Shown here in pieces: positions 28,547 through 45,449 of a stretch of DNA of 64,000 bases. The position numbers were made by a program, and so were the translations under genes. How positions within the stretch are numbered: the first letter of the stretch is position 1; every line of letters starts with the position of its first letter. Source of the stretch: the human T2T-CHM13v2.0 reference genome, Homo sapiens; NCBI RefSeq assembly GCF_009914755.1, contig NC_060925.1. One strand, 5' to 3'. The notes below the pieces were generated by a model, which did not search any database, was not told the DNA's origin, and saw nothing but the letters and a program-made list of their open reading frames with translations.

Positions 28547-30434
28547 GTATGACATATATAGGATAGGTATAGGTTTTATATATAACCTTTTTGATATATA
28601 ATTTATATTACATATAACTTTTTGATAGTGATATTCTGAACCTTTTCTTCTAGAAAAATGGGCACTTCCCCCTCAGTGATTTTGTTGTATCTTTTACAAT
28701 GTTCTCTCATAGAGCCACCAATATTTTATTGCTCCTAAGGGATGAGAAAGGACTCATATTTATTCATATTTTTAATCCTACTCTTACAGCCTAGCATAAC
28801 GTTGGCCCATGGCGGATGATCAATGAATGTTCTTTCAATCAATTAACACATTTTCTTAGTTTTTCCTACTCCAACTTGCTCTGTAACTTTGAGCATATAA
28901 TCAATCTTTATGGGCCTTGACTCTGTTTCTCCCGTGGAAAAGAAACATTAGACACAAAGGGTATCTCATAAATATGTAGTTAGAACAGCTGGTGCTCAGC
29001 TTTCCAGATCCCACTCTCTTCTCACCCTTATTACCACCCTTAGTACAGAGAGTTACAGTGTTAGTAAGAGCAAAGATAAAACCACTTTCTTTATTAGATC
29101 TGGTAAAGCCAGCAGGCCCAGGAAACATGCAGAGTCAGATCTGCCTAGGTTTTAATAGGGTTAGAGAGCATAACTGGATCTCATCCTCTATTTTTTTAAT
29201 GGACTGATTACCAGGCCCTGGGATCAAAGACTCCTGTTGTTTATCTTTGCTCTTTTACTTTAATAACTGCTGACACTCCATCAGGGTGTCATGGAGGCCC
29301 AGAAGGAGTTTTGATTGCCTTCAAGATGAGATGATATAAAACTCACCAGGCTCTGTACATATCCTCTTATAAGCCTAAGGGGTAGAAAATAGCATTACCC
29401 TTGTTTAAAATGAACTATCCTTAATCTTTATTTTACAGATCAGGAATCTAAGGCTCAGAGAGACTAACCTGTTTCCTTGTTCTGGGCACTGATCAGAGAA
29501 GAAGAGTTTGCTCAAAATATCAAGAATAACCATTTCCCTGGAAAAAAAAAACACAGCTCAGCGAATGTCAACCTTGTATTTCCATCCGCACTGGTGCTTC
29601 TTTTGGGTGCTAATAACTTGTCTTCTCCTTAGCACTCTAATAGGTCTAGAAAGATAAAAGGAAGAAAGAGTCAGCTTTATTGATGGCTGTTCAGTAAAAC
29701 AAAATACAAAGCTTCTTGGTGAAGCTGGATTTGAGATTGTGATTGGAGTTGACCTATGACCATCTTTATACCTCACCCTAAATGTGGACATTGGCACCAA
29801 TGGGTGGGAACATTTGAGCCCAATTTACTCACCCAAATGTCGAGGAGGAAGCTGAAGAATAGCCCACCTCAACCAAGTGGGAGAACAACTGCCCCTCTGC
29901 CTGCTTCATAATGGGAGGAAGAGGTGAAAAAGCCCTGTTCCTTCTTATAAAACCCAGGGCAGAAAACACAAAAAGCTACAAGAGAAATGTGCTCATATTG
30001 CCATTCAACTGAATAAACATTCTTTAAGTGAAGTTACCCTATAGGGCATGAGGTGCTCAAATTTCAAGTCATCTACCTCTGCTCCCTGAGCTGGAATAAA
30101 TATAGGTGTAGATGGAGAAACTGGAAGTATTCACTTCAATATTATCTTCTCTATGAGGAGTACAATACATTTCCTTTATGGAAATGTAAGGAAGAAAGAA
30201 TAAGTTCTTCCATATAGAAGCTTTTAGTTTAAGTCTCCATCATCTTCCCACCTGCACTATACCAATAGTCTCTTAATTAGTATGTTGGTTATCATTCTTT
30301 TCATTTATGTTTTTCACAACATGAAAGATGACCTGTCTTTTAGAAGATTAAACTGTGACTCCAACCTTTTGCCAAACCGTTAATATTTCTTTGAGAAAAT
30401 CACCCACTCTTTCCATGCTGCTATTTCCTTTTTA

Positions 30435-30822
<388 letters not shown>

Positions 30823-32609
30823 TCACATCATAAAGCACTAAAATTATTGCTAGTTATGATTCTCATCTATTTATCTTTCTCTGCCTTCTCTCAGCTGCCC
30901 TAGCTCAGTACGTGGTATTCCTGTTGTTAGGTACATCACTGCCACAGTTCTTAGACTAATATGGGCTTGAGGCTGGAAGTACTCAGCTAATTCATTTAAC
31001 TTAATACCACCTAATGAATCTGGGCTGACTCAGGACACAAGGCCCCGAAGATGACCATTGGGTTCTCCAGTTGGGCCCTAAGCTTTTCTTAAAACATGGC
31101 CTAGGCTATGTTGGTACAGAGCTACTTACTGATTATCCAGAACTGAGCATTAGAGAGAGAGGAAGACTGGGGATACAAGTAGCAGATTTAATCTTTTGGA
31201 AGCAATCACTGCAATTATCATAAATGAGTGCAAAGAAAAAAAGAGCCAAAGACAAATATGTAAAGAACATCTGTATTTAGGGCAGTTGCCTTTAACCATC
31301 AATATATCTTGAACCCAATTATGAATATTGTCTCAAATGTTCCCACAGCAAAATTATGAGACGTGAAGGTGATGTGGTGATTATGGCATTATAATTGAGT
31401 CATTACAGCTTTGAGATTAAATGATTTGTCTGCAAACAGAACCCACATTCCCTAAACCTCTGCTAAAGAAAAGCTACTACAGTCAGGTATGGTGGGAATG
31501 GAGAAAGTCTTATATTGGCTGATGCAAATCTTGATGTGAACTTTCAAGATTTGGCCTTCAGAGAGGAAATGCCTTTTACTGCTTACCTCACTACTTTTTT
31601 AAGCTCTTGGCAGAAAGACCCCGAAAAAATAGAAAATATTATTAGTGTTAGAAAAGTGCCAGTTTCAGCTAAGCTCTGTTGAGTCAGTAATTCAACATAA
31701 GAGGATTGGTAGAGAGGGTAAGAATAAATAACTTCTAGGGTTGTCTGAGCAGTTGGAATTTATGATCTATAAAACTCCATCCATAAAAGGGAAAAAATTT
31801 GAACATATAAAAATTATAAGCAAGTTCTGCACAGAGCTCAGTTATTGGAAAAATAGTTTTTCCTAAATGTAGCATTTGGGTTTTGGAGGATTTTAGCAGA
31901 CATACATGTTTCAAATTTTATGGAACCTTACTAAATGGAAAGCACTGTGCAAAGAACTGGATAATGTTCCTGACCTTATGAAGCTTAGAATCTGGAAGAG
32001 GGAAAATTCAACCCCGAAGGTTATCTAGTAATACATTTTATAATTTTTCTTTTTTCCTCAGGTTACATTTATGTAAGACAATGCAAACCTATACGAGATG
32101 AACTCGATCCTCTGTCATGCCTACTGAATGCCTTAGCTAATGTATTCCTTAAATTAACAATCTTTTTCTCTGTGAAGAATATTGGTTTCTCAGTGGAGTG
32201 GAAGTATATAAACAATCCCAAATCAAGACATAGATTTGCTCTGTCTTCAAGGAGTTTACAAACACATCAAAGAAGAGAAGATATATTTAGACCTTTTTAA
32301 AATTTTTTAAAGTAATAAAGCCACAGTGAAGAAAATGTAAAGAAAAGAGAAAAATCAACCCCAATCCCACCACTCTAACAGTCTCTGGCCATGTCTTTTA
32401 ATAACTTATGCTGATCCCTCCTTTTCTTGTGGATTCTTAATGTATCAGAACCCAGGGTTTGGTCCTTGGACTTCTCATCTTTTCTATCGTTTCTATCTTC
32501 ACTTATCCCAAAGTGATCTCATTCAATCTTATGGCTTTAAATGCTATCTGTATGCTGATGATTCCCAGATTTATAACTCCAACCTACATATTGTGCTACT
32601 CCTGTAGTT

Positions 32610-33365
32610 ATACGGAGCTGTGTCCTTGGTCTTCAGCAACCACTATCCCTAGCTCTATAATTTTGTCGCTTTGAGAATGTTATATAAATGGAATCATACA
32701 TACAATCATGTATAGTCTTTTGAGATTGACTTACTTTCACTCAGCATAATTCCTTTGAGATCCATCCATGTTGCTACATGTATCGATTGTTGACTCATTT
32801 TCTGTGCTATGTATATACCACCATTTATTTAAACATTCATTCATTGAAAGGCATTTGAGTTGTTTCCAATTCTTGGCTATTACAAATGAAGCTTCTATGA
32901 ATATTCATATACATGTATTTTTGTGGATGTATGTTTTCATTTTTCTGAGATTAACACCCAGGAACATGATTGCTGGGTTGTATCTTAAATATATATTTAG
33001 TTTACTAAGTAACTGCCAAATTATTTTCCAGAGTAGCTGTACCATTTTGCAGTCCCATGAGCAATGTATGAAAGATCTAGTTTCTCCACATCCTTCCCAA
33101 CACTTGGTATTGCATGTCTCTCTGATTATAGCCATTCTAGTGGGCATGTTGAACATCATTAATAATTTTGCATTCATATATTCTTGATGTAATGCCTTTC
33201 TTGTCTTTTGCCCATTTTCCAAATTTTACTGTTGAATTTTGAAGAGTTCTTTATATATTCTACATAAAAGTCTTTTGTTAGGTATTTGGTTTGCAAAGAT
33301 TTTCTCCATCTGATCTTGTTCTTTCATCCTCTTTACAGGGTCTTTTGTGGAGCAAAAGTCTTTAA
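32610..33365 (-). mobile_element. L1MB/MC 3' fragment
   Basis: ORF 32905..33222(-) gives a degenerate L1 ORF2 C-terminus (PTRMAII..KCWEGCGE..HCSWDCKMVQLLWK). Confidence 0.85.
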
Positions 33366-34265
33366 AAAATTAATTTAACTACATTTCGACGTTTCTCAGT
33401 TGATTTGACCAAGATTATCTCTTTTTTTGGTCCATAATTCACATGTTATAGATCACAAGTGTTCTGAAAAACACATACTTGAAAATGTTCTAGAAAGTTC
33501 TTGACTTTTACTCCCAACATCAAGTGTTCTCAATTCTCTCAGAGTTCTACTTTCTACTAAGGATCAGAAACTTCTCTAAGAACAAAATTTATGGCAATGA
33601 ATGCTATAAGAATGCACCATTCTCCTGACTTGCATATTGGTACTTTGCTTGGGGCTTTCTGGGGACAAATGTAAAACAAATAAGAAGTGATTTTAAGGGT
33701 GGGAATTTTCGTCTTTATGGGAGTTGGTTGGAAAATGCCATTATATTGCTAACAGATGGCCACTAGACATGGATTCTAGCCTTGGATTTACCATTAATTG
33801 TTTGTGTAACTTTGGATAGGCCACTCTATTCTGAGCCCGAATTTCATCATCTGTAAAAATGAAGAATCTGTAGCACATTTAACATCCTGTAATTCTAACT
33901 CATATCAGTATTCTATCCAGTTGCAGATGGGAATCTCATCTGTGATGAAAGTGTTGCAGGATACTGATTGGGAACACTAAACAATAGGTATGATTTGAGC
34001 ACTGGGTGTGTTTAAGTGATCCCTAAAATTTCACTAGGATGAACAAATTTTTTGCAACATCTTCCTAATAAAAACACAAGGTGTTTTCTGCTTTTTCTAG
34101 AATCAAAGTGTTGAAGCAGTCCTCCACTGCTCCAGGTTTCCTGTGTCCGAGTACTCTGAAATCTACATACCAGTTCTCTCATCATTTTCTTTCTGATCTC
34201 AATCAAAACTGAAAATCAGTGATCATGATCAGAAATAAACTAAGACAGATAAGGCCATTTTTCTT

Positions 34266-34543
34266 GAGACAGAGTCTCACTCTGTTGCCCAGGCTTCAGA
34301 GAAGTGGCACGATCTCAGCTCACTGCACCCTCCGCCTCCCAGCTTCAACCAATTTTCCTGCCTCAGCCTCCCATGTAGTTGGGATTACAGGTACACCATG
34401 CCCAACTTTTTTTTTTTTTTTTTAGTAGAGATAAGTTTTTGCCATGTTGGGCAGCCTGGTCTTGAACCCCTGACCTCTGGCAATCCACCCACCTCGGCCT
34501 GCCAAAGTTCTGGGATTACAGGCGTGAGCCACCGCACCTGGCC
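34266..34543 (-). mobile_element. Alu (S/J) with internal deletion and almost no tail
   Basis: Antisense Alu flanked by aag(g/a)ccatttttctt. Confidence 0.93.
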
Positions 34544-34558
34544 AAGACCATTTTTCTT

Positions 34559-37347
<2,789 letters not shown>

Positions 37348-39569
37348 TAAAGTTCAGTGGTGTTTGGAGGTAGAGGGGAGCAGGAATGAGAAAGAAGGAG
37401 GAAGAAGCTGATGAATACGCCTGTGATGATTTATTAATCATTTGGCAGATACGCATTCATCCAGTAAGAAGAGTATCATTAAAACTGGGTTATAATTAAC
37501 TGCAACAGCACCGTTGCTTAAAAGGAACTTCACAAAGAAAAGTACATCTCCTAGGCAATTTGGAAATCAGTTTAAAAGATGCTTTTCTCCTAACCTGTCA
37601 TCCTAAGACTAGGGAACAAGGAATAATCTATAGATACAGAGAGAAGAGAAGGATAAATGTAGTACTCAGCCAAAGAATGCTGATATCCTGGTGTTGGAGG
37701 AGAGAGAGGCAGAAAGGTAAGTGCAAGAAAGAGGTAAGTGTGTCTAAGAACACAGTGATGAGGGTGGGTAAGGAAGAGCATAGTCACAAAATCACACCGA
37801 TATTTAGAAAACAACTTGTTTAAGTGAATCAACAAAAGTTTAACAATATCAAGTTTGGAAAGGTTTTGAAAGGTAATCTATTGCCAACCACCTTTCCCTT
37901 TTATCTGTGCTCAAATTTCTTTTTCATCATAATAATTCACTTTCCCATTTACTCAGCACATATATTTTTTGAGGTTTTATTATGGGCCTAGTACTGTCAT
38001 GGGTCTGGAGAACACCAAGATGATTCAGACAGCATCCTTTTCATCAAGGAGCTGACATTCTTGTCTAGGCTAGTCTAATTAGGACAACTAAAGAAGTAGT
38101 TATTAAAGAATAAGATGTGGTTTTTTGGAGATATGTACTAGGGGTGATTTAAAGCAAAAAGGAGGAATGCTTATTTCTATCTGGGCAAGTGAAAAACCCA
38201 CAGGAGGGGGACCTGGGGTTGGGGAGGGCGAGATCAGAAAAGACTTCATAGCCAAAGAGGATTCTTTAGGGTCCTCTTTGGGTTCTTCATAGTCAAAGAC
38301 GATTTTTAAGGGTCTCATTTGGGGATCTAACATCACCAGTTTTGTTCTTTCTGAGATACAAAGCTCAGATGTAGGGTGGGAAGTAAGGTGGATAGAGATC
38401 CCCAGACTCCCAGCCTGCCATCAAACGCCCAAATTTTTCCCTCTATTTCCATGTTACTACTTTTTTCACACATTTAAAATTAATCTTGTTTTATGTTCTC
38501 TTTTGTATCTATTTTGCTTTTAATACAGGGGACTTTAGTTGAAAACAGCACCACAGAATTTCAACACTAGAAAGTATCTCACAGAATGTAACTAGAAGTG
38601 ACATTTCCTGGAAGGAAACTGAGGCCTAGACAAAGATACCAACACACACTGGAATATTGTAACACAGCTGGGTCTAAACTTCTAATCCAGTTCTTTTTTC
38701 TTTTTTCCATTCTGTCTCCCACCTACTTCTTTTTCAGGCTATACTTACAATCTCCCTAGGGTGCTAGATAATACTTGTATATTCCAGCTATTTTAATTTT
38801 TGCATAATTTTCCCATGAAGATTTTGTCGTTTCCTCTTTCAGACATGACCCAAGAACCTCAGTCTGGCCTAATTAGCTGATCCCTATGGCACCTTAAAAG
38901 ACAGTGCTCCCTCAGGAGATGAAGGGCTCAGGATTGCTGGGCCCCAGCTGCTGTGTTCCCACCAGCTCAGGCCCTCTCAGCACGGCTAGGATGCAAGCAA
39001 GTTTGATCCTACATTGAAAAAAATATGAATAATGTCTGTAGCTGGTCTGGTTTCTTCCAATGCCATTTACAACCTTTGTGGTTTGAATCTGTTCATAGAA
39101 GAATTAGTTGATGGTTTTGAATGTTATTAGTGAAGAACCCCAACTAGTTTCTCAGGGCATTCTTCTGGGAAAACCACAGCTTAATGAAGATAGTATTCCA
39201 GATCATCTCAAGGAAACAACTTGTCAAAACAATGCCCTTTTCAGAATTTACTTGTGGGTGGATGGAATATGGATATAAATCTGGAGTAAATAGAAATGCT
39301 TAAACATGGCAAAGCCCTTTCCCCTTCTGTGTCTTTGTACAATGACTCATTCAGGATCCCAAAGCCAAAACTGGTATTGTACACAGAGGCGGAAACATTT
39401 ATATGTGATTTGGGAAAGCTAAAAGCTAAAAAAAAATCTGCTAAAAAGTTTCTCTCCACTGAAGCTTCCTGTGGTTTGGCCTGATAAGTTTTTCTATTAG
39501 CTGTTCACCTTAAGTTATTTAACCAAAACATCCACACCCTTGTCTTCAAGAGGAAAATGCTAAAGTAAG

Positions 39570-39570
39570 T

Positions 39571-39604
<34 letters not shown>
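39570..39604. repeat. (TG)n microsatellite
   Basis: Seen directly. Confidence 0.95.
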
Positions 39605-39606
<2 letters not shown>

Positions 39607-39608
39607 AA

Positions 39609-39910
<302 letters not shown>

Positions 39911-40058
39911 TGAATATTTTAAGACATGTAAAATTACTAACATAATGCTAGGCAAAGAGCCAAGGTGTTCCATGTATATAACATGACGATGATGCTAGTT
40001 TATTTCTTCATTTTGTCAAACAAGGTACCTGACCTCCCAGTTTACATCAAGCTTGTAG

Positions 40059-40392
<334 letters not shown>

Positions 40393-41384
40393 ACACAGTG
40401 TTAGTCTCTAAAGATCTCACAGTCCCTGAGGAAAGACAGATCCATAAACAACTCACAATACAGTATGGTACACAATTTTAATGGAAGGAACCACAGGTAT
40501 GTTGAAAGAACATCAGTACAGCTGGAGACAGGGAGGGACCATATGATATATAACTCCTAAAAGCTGGAAGGAGTTATTATCACATAATTTCTGGGCGCTA
40601 CAGAAGTTTTTCATCACTCACTAGTATTACATAATTTGCTAGGAATCTATTAAGAAACTTCGAGTAGCCTGATTAGAAGAAAAGACATTAGGAAAAGCAA
40701 GTCTCAAGAGTTGGAAAGAGGAAAGAACATGGCATCAGCAAATCCGGAGTGGCTGGCAGTGGGGGCAGAGGGTTGCTAGAGAGGACTGCAGGTGGAGAAG
40801 GAGGTACTGAGGTACTGAGGTACTGAGGTAACATACTGACTGTATCCTCTTCCAGGAAGGCAAGGTTCAGAAGTAAGAGCTGGAGAAAGAGGGCCACATG
40901 CAAATTCCAAAATAGAACCCTGAGGGCACCCTCTAGATATTCAAAATATCCCCATGCTCCCCTATGATCATAAGCAATGATAATCCATATAAATCATTTC
41001 CATTTCCAGTGTTGTATGTAATACAGGGATATAGAATTCAGATTCAAAGCCTATGCTTTTTTCTCATGATGCCATAACACTGCATGAGCCTTGAGTTTGA
41101 AATTAATTTGGATTTGAAGTAATAAAAATAAATTTAGGTCCCGAGTGATTTTTCTTTTTGCTTCTCTTGCTTTACAGTCAATTGATGAGATCTTTGGATG
41201 GTTTGCATCATTTTTTAATCCTATATAAATATTTGTTTCTTTCATTTGCCTATTTTGGCTTTCTTTAGAAAATGGTCTTAGTTTATTGAAATTATCGCCA
41301 GTGCTTTAAAGAGTATGACTTCCAGTCAATTCAGTTCCACAGTTTTATTGAGCAAATATCATGGATTCAAAATTAGCGCACACT

Positions 41385-41612
41385 CTAACCCAAGGTCATA
41401 TAGAGTGGTATAAAGGACTTTACAGACTCAGCAGGGGGAGGGTGCGAGGTAGCATAGAGATAAAAAATTGCATATTAGGTATAATGTACTCATTACCATA
41501 ATGTAATGGGTGCACTAAAATCTCAGAATTCACCACTATATAATGTATTCATGTAACAAAAAAAACACTTGTACCTCAAAAGCTATTGAAATAAAAATGA
41601 AAAAAAAAAAAC
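41385..41612 (+). mobile_element. Short L1 (L1PB/L1MA-like) 3' terminus
   Basis: gggtgcactaaaatctcagaattcaccacta...aaagctattgaaataaaa followed by an A tail; TSD-like attagcgcacactcta/attagtgaacactcta. Confidence 0.85.
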
Positions 41613-41649
41613 AATATTAGTGAACACTCTAGATATTCCACTTGCTTTG

Positions 41650-41882
41650 ATTCATATTTTTTACTGCACTTAACCACTACCTAACATGTCATGTATTTGT
41701 TCTTTTGATTATTGCCTGTTTCCTGTACTAGACTGTGAGCTCCATGAGATCAAGAACAGTCTCGGTTTTGTTCAAAGATGTGTCCTCAAAAACTAAGTAG
41801 TCCTGGAAACTTGTAGGTGCTCTACAAGTATCTGTTTAAATGACTGTGTGACCATGAAGTGCTGACAGGAATGAAAGAATGC
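41650..41882 (+). mobile_element. L2 3' end
   Basis: ctagactgtgagctccatgag...gtaggtgctctacaagtatctgtt. Confidence 0.7.
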
Positions 41883-43080
41883 ATAAGACATTTGGTCTCA
41901 ATGTGTGCATCTAATTGGAAACTCAAGATACAAATGAATGAAGTTGACAATACAGTGGCAGTTAAGCTTGTATAAATCTGAGGCCTCAAATTCAGATGTG
42001 ATTGAAATTTAACTTTTGTATTTTGACTTAAACTGGATTTCAAGCTCAGATTCTGCTGGGATGGTACAAACGTTGTGTGCTTCCTCTTCTTTCCCCAGTT
42101 TGAATCTAAGATTAGTTGGGGAGCTTATATAGGCCAAGACTAGTAGGGATGCTGTCTGGACCTCATGCATCCATCCACACCAGTCATCACTGTGATGCCC
42201 ATGGTCCTCTCTCAGTGGCTCTTCTAGGTATGGCAGTTTTCTCTACCCCTTCCTGCTCATACATAAAGACACAAGAATTCTTGTGCTACTTTTCAGCCAT
42301 CTCCTAAAGACTGCCTTTTGTCCTCCCTGCATACATAGTCTAAGCATCTCCATTTAGAAAACTAGGTCCATCCTCTGCTCTTGAGACGACCACAGACCTC
42401 AAACCACCTTCCTGGGCTTACATCAGAGAAAAAAAGGAAGACAGTCTTTCTCTTTCTTGGGTCCACAGAACTCTCTGTTCTCAACAACTCCCTTCTAGTA
42501 CCCTTTCCCTTCCCAAACCTGGAGGAATATTTTTCTAGTGTGCAATGGGAAACGCCTCACTCCTCAATCTGTATGTTTCCCAAACATTTTGGATCCCCTC
42601 CATTCTTTCCTGAAAGGTTTGAAAAACAAACCAGGATCAAGAGGCTCACAAGCTTTTTGTCCTTTCCTAGAATGACAAACACAGATAACTGTTGGCTTAT
42701 ATAGAACTATTAGCTTGTAAAGAAAATGGGAACACATGGTGGAAGGGAAGGATAATATTTCAAAATGTTATTTTATTATATTCTTCTCTTAGTAAATCTT
42801 TGCATTCCTATTTTTTTTAAAATTATTTCTCATTCAGTTTTTCAACCTCTCCTCCCTCCTCAAGGTGGGATGATCTAGGCCTGTGTAACAAATTGGCATC
42901 TAGGACAATGATATTCTTGAGCAAAGCAATCCACACAATATCAGATAATCTACTCCATAATGAAGGTAACAATCTAGAGGCGAGGAGGCAGTAGTCAAAT
43001 GGGCTGACATGGTTAGTACTGGAATTGAGAAGCCAGTCTATGTTCTGGGAGAAGAGCTGATCACACTGAGTTTTGAAACT

Positions 43081-43769
43081 TTTTTTTTTTTTTTTTTATT
43101 ATACTCTAAGTTTTAGGGTACATGTGCACATTGTGCAGGTTAGTTACATATGTATACATGTGCCATGCTGGTGCGCTGCACCCACTAATGTGTCATCTAG
43201 CATTAGGTATATCTCCCAATGCTATCCCTCCCCCCTCCCCCGACCCCACCACAGTCCCCAGAGTGTGATATTCCTCTTCCTGTGTCCATGTGATCTCATT
43301 GTTCAATTCCCACCTATGAGTGAGAATATGCGGTGTTTGGTTTTTTGTTCTTGCAATAGTTTACTGAGAATGATGGTTTCCAATTTCATCCATGTCCCTA
43401 CAAAGGATATGAACTCATCATTTTTTATGGCTGCATAGTATTCCATGGTGTATATGTGCCACATTTTCTTAATCCAGTCTATCATTGTTGGACATTTGGG
43501 TTGGTTCCAAGTCTTTGCTATTGTGAATAGTGCCGCAATAAACATACGTGTGCATGTGTCTTTATAGCAGCATGATTTATAGTCATTTGGGTATATACCC
43601 AGTAATGGGATGGCTGGGTCAAATGGTATTTCTAGTTCTAGATCCCTGAGGAATCGCCACACTGACTTCCACAATGGTTGAACTAGTTTACAGTCCCACC
43701 AACAGTGTAAAAGTGTTCCTATTTCTCCACATCCTCTCCAGCACCTGTTGTTTCCTGACTTTTTAATGA
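43081..43769 (-). mobile_element. L1HS-Ta, 5'-truncated (~690 bp)
   Basis: Ta diagnostics ACA (tgt at 43189-43191) and 3'UTR G (c at 43106); pure poly(T) tail; TSD tgaaacttttt. Confidence 0.93.
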
Positions 43770-45149
43770 AACTTTTTACATTACTGTTATTCACATCAAA
43801 GTTCTTTCTGACCCTAGGGATCTCCATGGGCTGGCGATTCCTGCATCTATTTGAGTAGTGGTAAATTCTCTACTGGGCATGGAGGTGCAATTAATTTCAT
43901 AAACTGATAGGGCAGCATCTGACTGAAGCTCACCTCTCAGCTAAGTCTGCTTCCTACCCACAGCCAAACCCACATCTTATGAAATAAAGAACCTCAGGGA
44001 CTTCATTGCTTGGGCTTTATAGCTTAAACCCTTTTCATGCAGTCTGGGCAGCTGTAACTTGCTTAACATTTTTGCATCTTACAAAAGATCTTCTGTAATT
44101 TCTGCAATTTCAATTTTCTCCTGGCTTGCCATCTATGGGCCCACTCTATCTAAACTCATGGTAATACGCCCACTAGGCATTTCCCTAAGAGAGGACCCTT
44201 TCCTGAGTCTTCCAAATATTCAGCCCTGTCCATATTCAAGGAGTGTTGCTTCTTCAGATTCTTGAACTAGGTTCTTTTCCCCTTCAAAGCTCTCTGAAAA
44301 TGGTTTTTTGAGTATTTGAATCTCCCATTGTTGGAATGTTTTCTCTCCTAATGGGCAGTGCCCTCAGTTAATTATTAGGCTAAGTATAACTTAGTTACCA
44401 TTTGTTAACACCTGCCATATTCTAACCACTATTACTGGGTAGGAAAGGAGCCCCAACAACTCCCAAAGACCAATCCCATTCCTTCACTGTTTTTGTCATG
44501 GATGAACTCCAGTGGCAAAAATTATAGGAAAGTGGGAAAGAGGATTAAATCTTTTTTTCCTGCCTTAATAGTTATGTTAAATCAAACAGAAGAAAGAAAT
44601 TACCATAATGTTGTCTAAAGCAGGGACTCTCAGATTCTTGTTCCCAGAAAGATTTGGTGTTTTCGGAATATTTTGTTTAAATTATTATCAGTACTTTTGT
44701 CTTTGAGAGGAAATGAGAATCATGAAAGAGATATGAACAATAAGACCTGAACCATCCATTTTTTATGTTGTTTTTAAGTAGGATACTAGATGCTCCATGC
44801 CTTATTTCCTGATCCTGTCACCTGACATTTTTGTCCAGGTGTAATTGAGTTAAATTGAATATTAAGAAGCACCTATGGTGTATGGCTGAGGGTTGGTTCT
44901 GCTCTTTACCTTGGAGCAGCTGAGGGGAGTTTTGACTGATGTATGTATGTAAGCCTTTCACTTTCTTTGGCACAAACTGGGGGAAATTCCTTTCTTTAAT
45001 CATTGCCTCAGGGAAAGCACCCCTTACCTAATAAGAGGTCTTAAATTTCACATTTATATTATTGTTTTGTTTGGTTTAAGGCATTATATCTTTAGAGTAC
45101 CCTCTGCTAAATGTGTGCCCCAAGGGGTACGATTTCATCTCAGCTAAGA

Positions 45150-45365
45150 TAGTATGTTATCCTGGAAAGAACATGAGATCTGAAGTCAGAAAATATGGGC
45201 TTGAATTCCAGCTCTGTCACTTACTAACTTGAGTGATGTTTGTTTGGCAAGTCCCAAATTCTATCTCAGTTTCCTTATCTATAAAATTAGACTAATAGTC
45301 ATATCTACTTGATAGATTGCGAAAATTAAGTGAAATCATATCTGTGAATACCACACTGTAAACTC
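45150..45365 (+). mobile_element. MIR
   Basis: gaagtcaga...gaattccagctctgtcacttactaac...ctcagtttccttatctataaaat. Confidence 0.8.
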
Positions 45366-45449
45366 TAAGTTGAATAAAAGCTCTTTTGTTCATTATTTCC
45401 CCTGTATCCTACACCCCACACATTTCATCCTTGAGCATTCTAGTGTGAC

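Noticed and set aside
29944-29953. TATA box (tataaaa) as a promoter
   Set aside because: An isolated motif in AT-rich DNA, with no CpG island or downstream gene evident.
42975-42995. CTCF-like motif gcgaggaggcag
   Set aside because: It lacks the conserved 5' CC of the core and is too weak without ChIP data.
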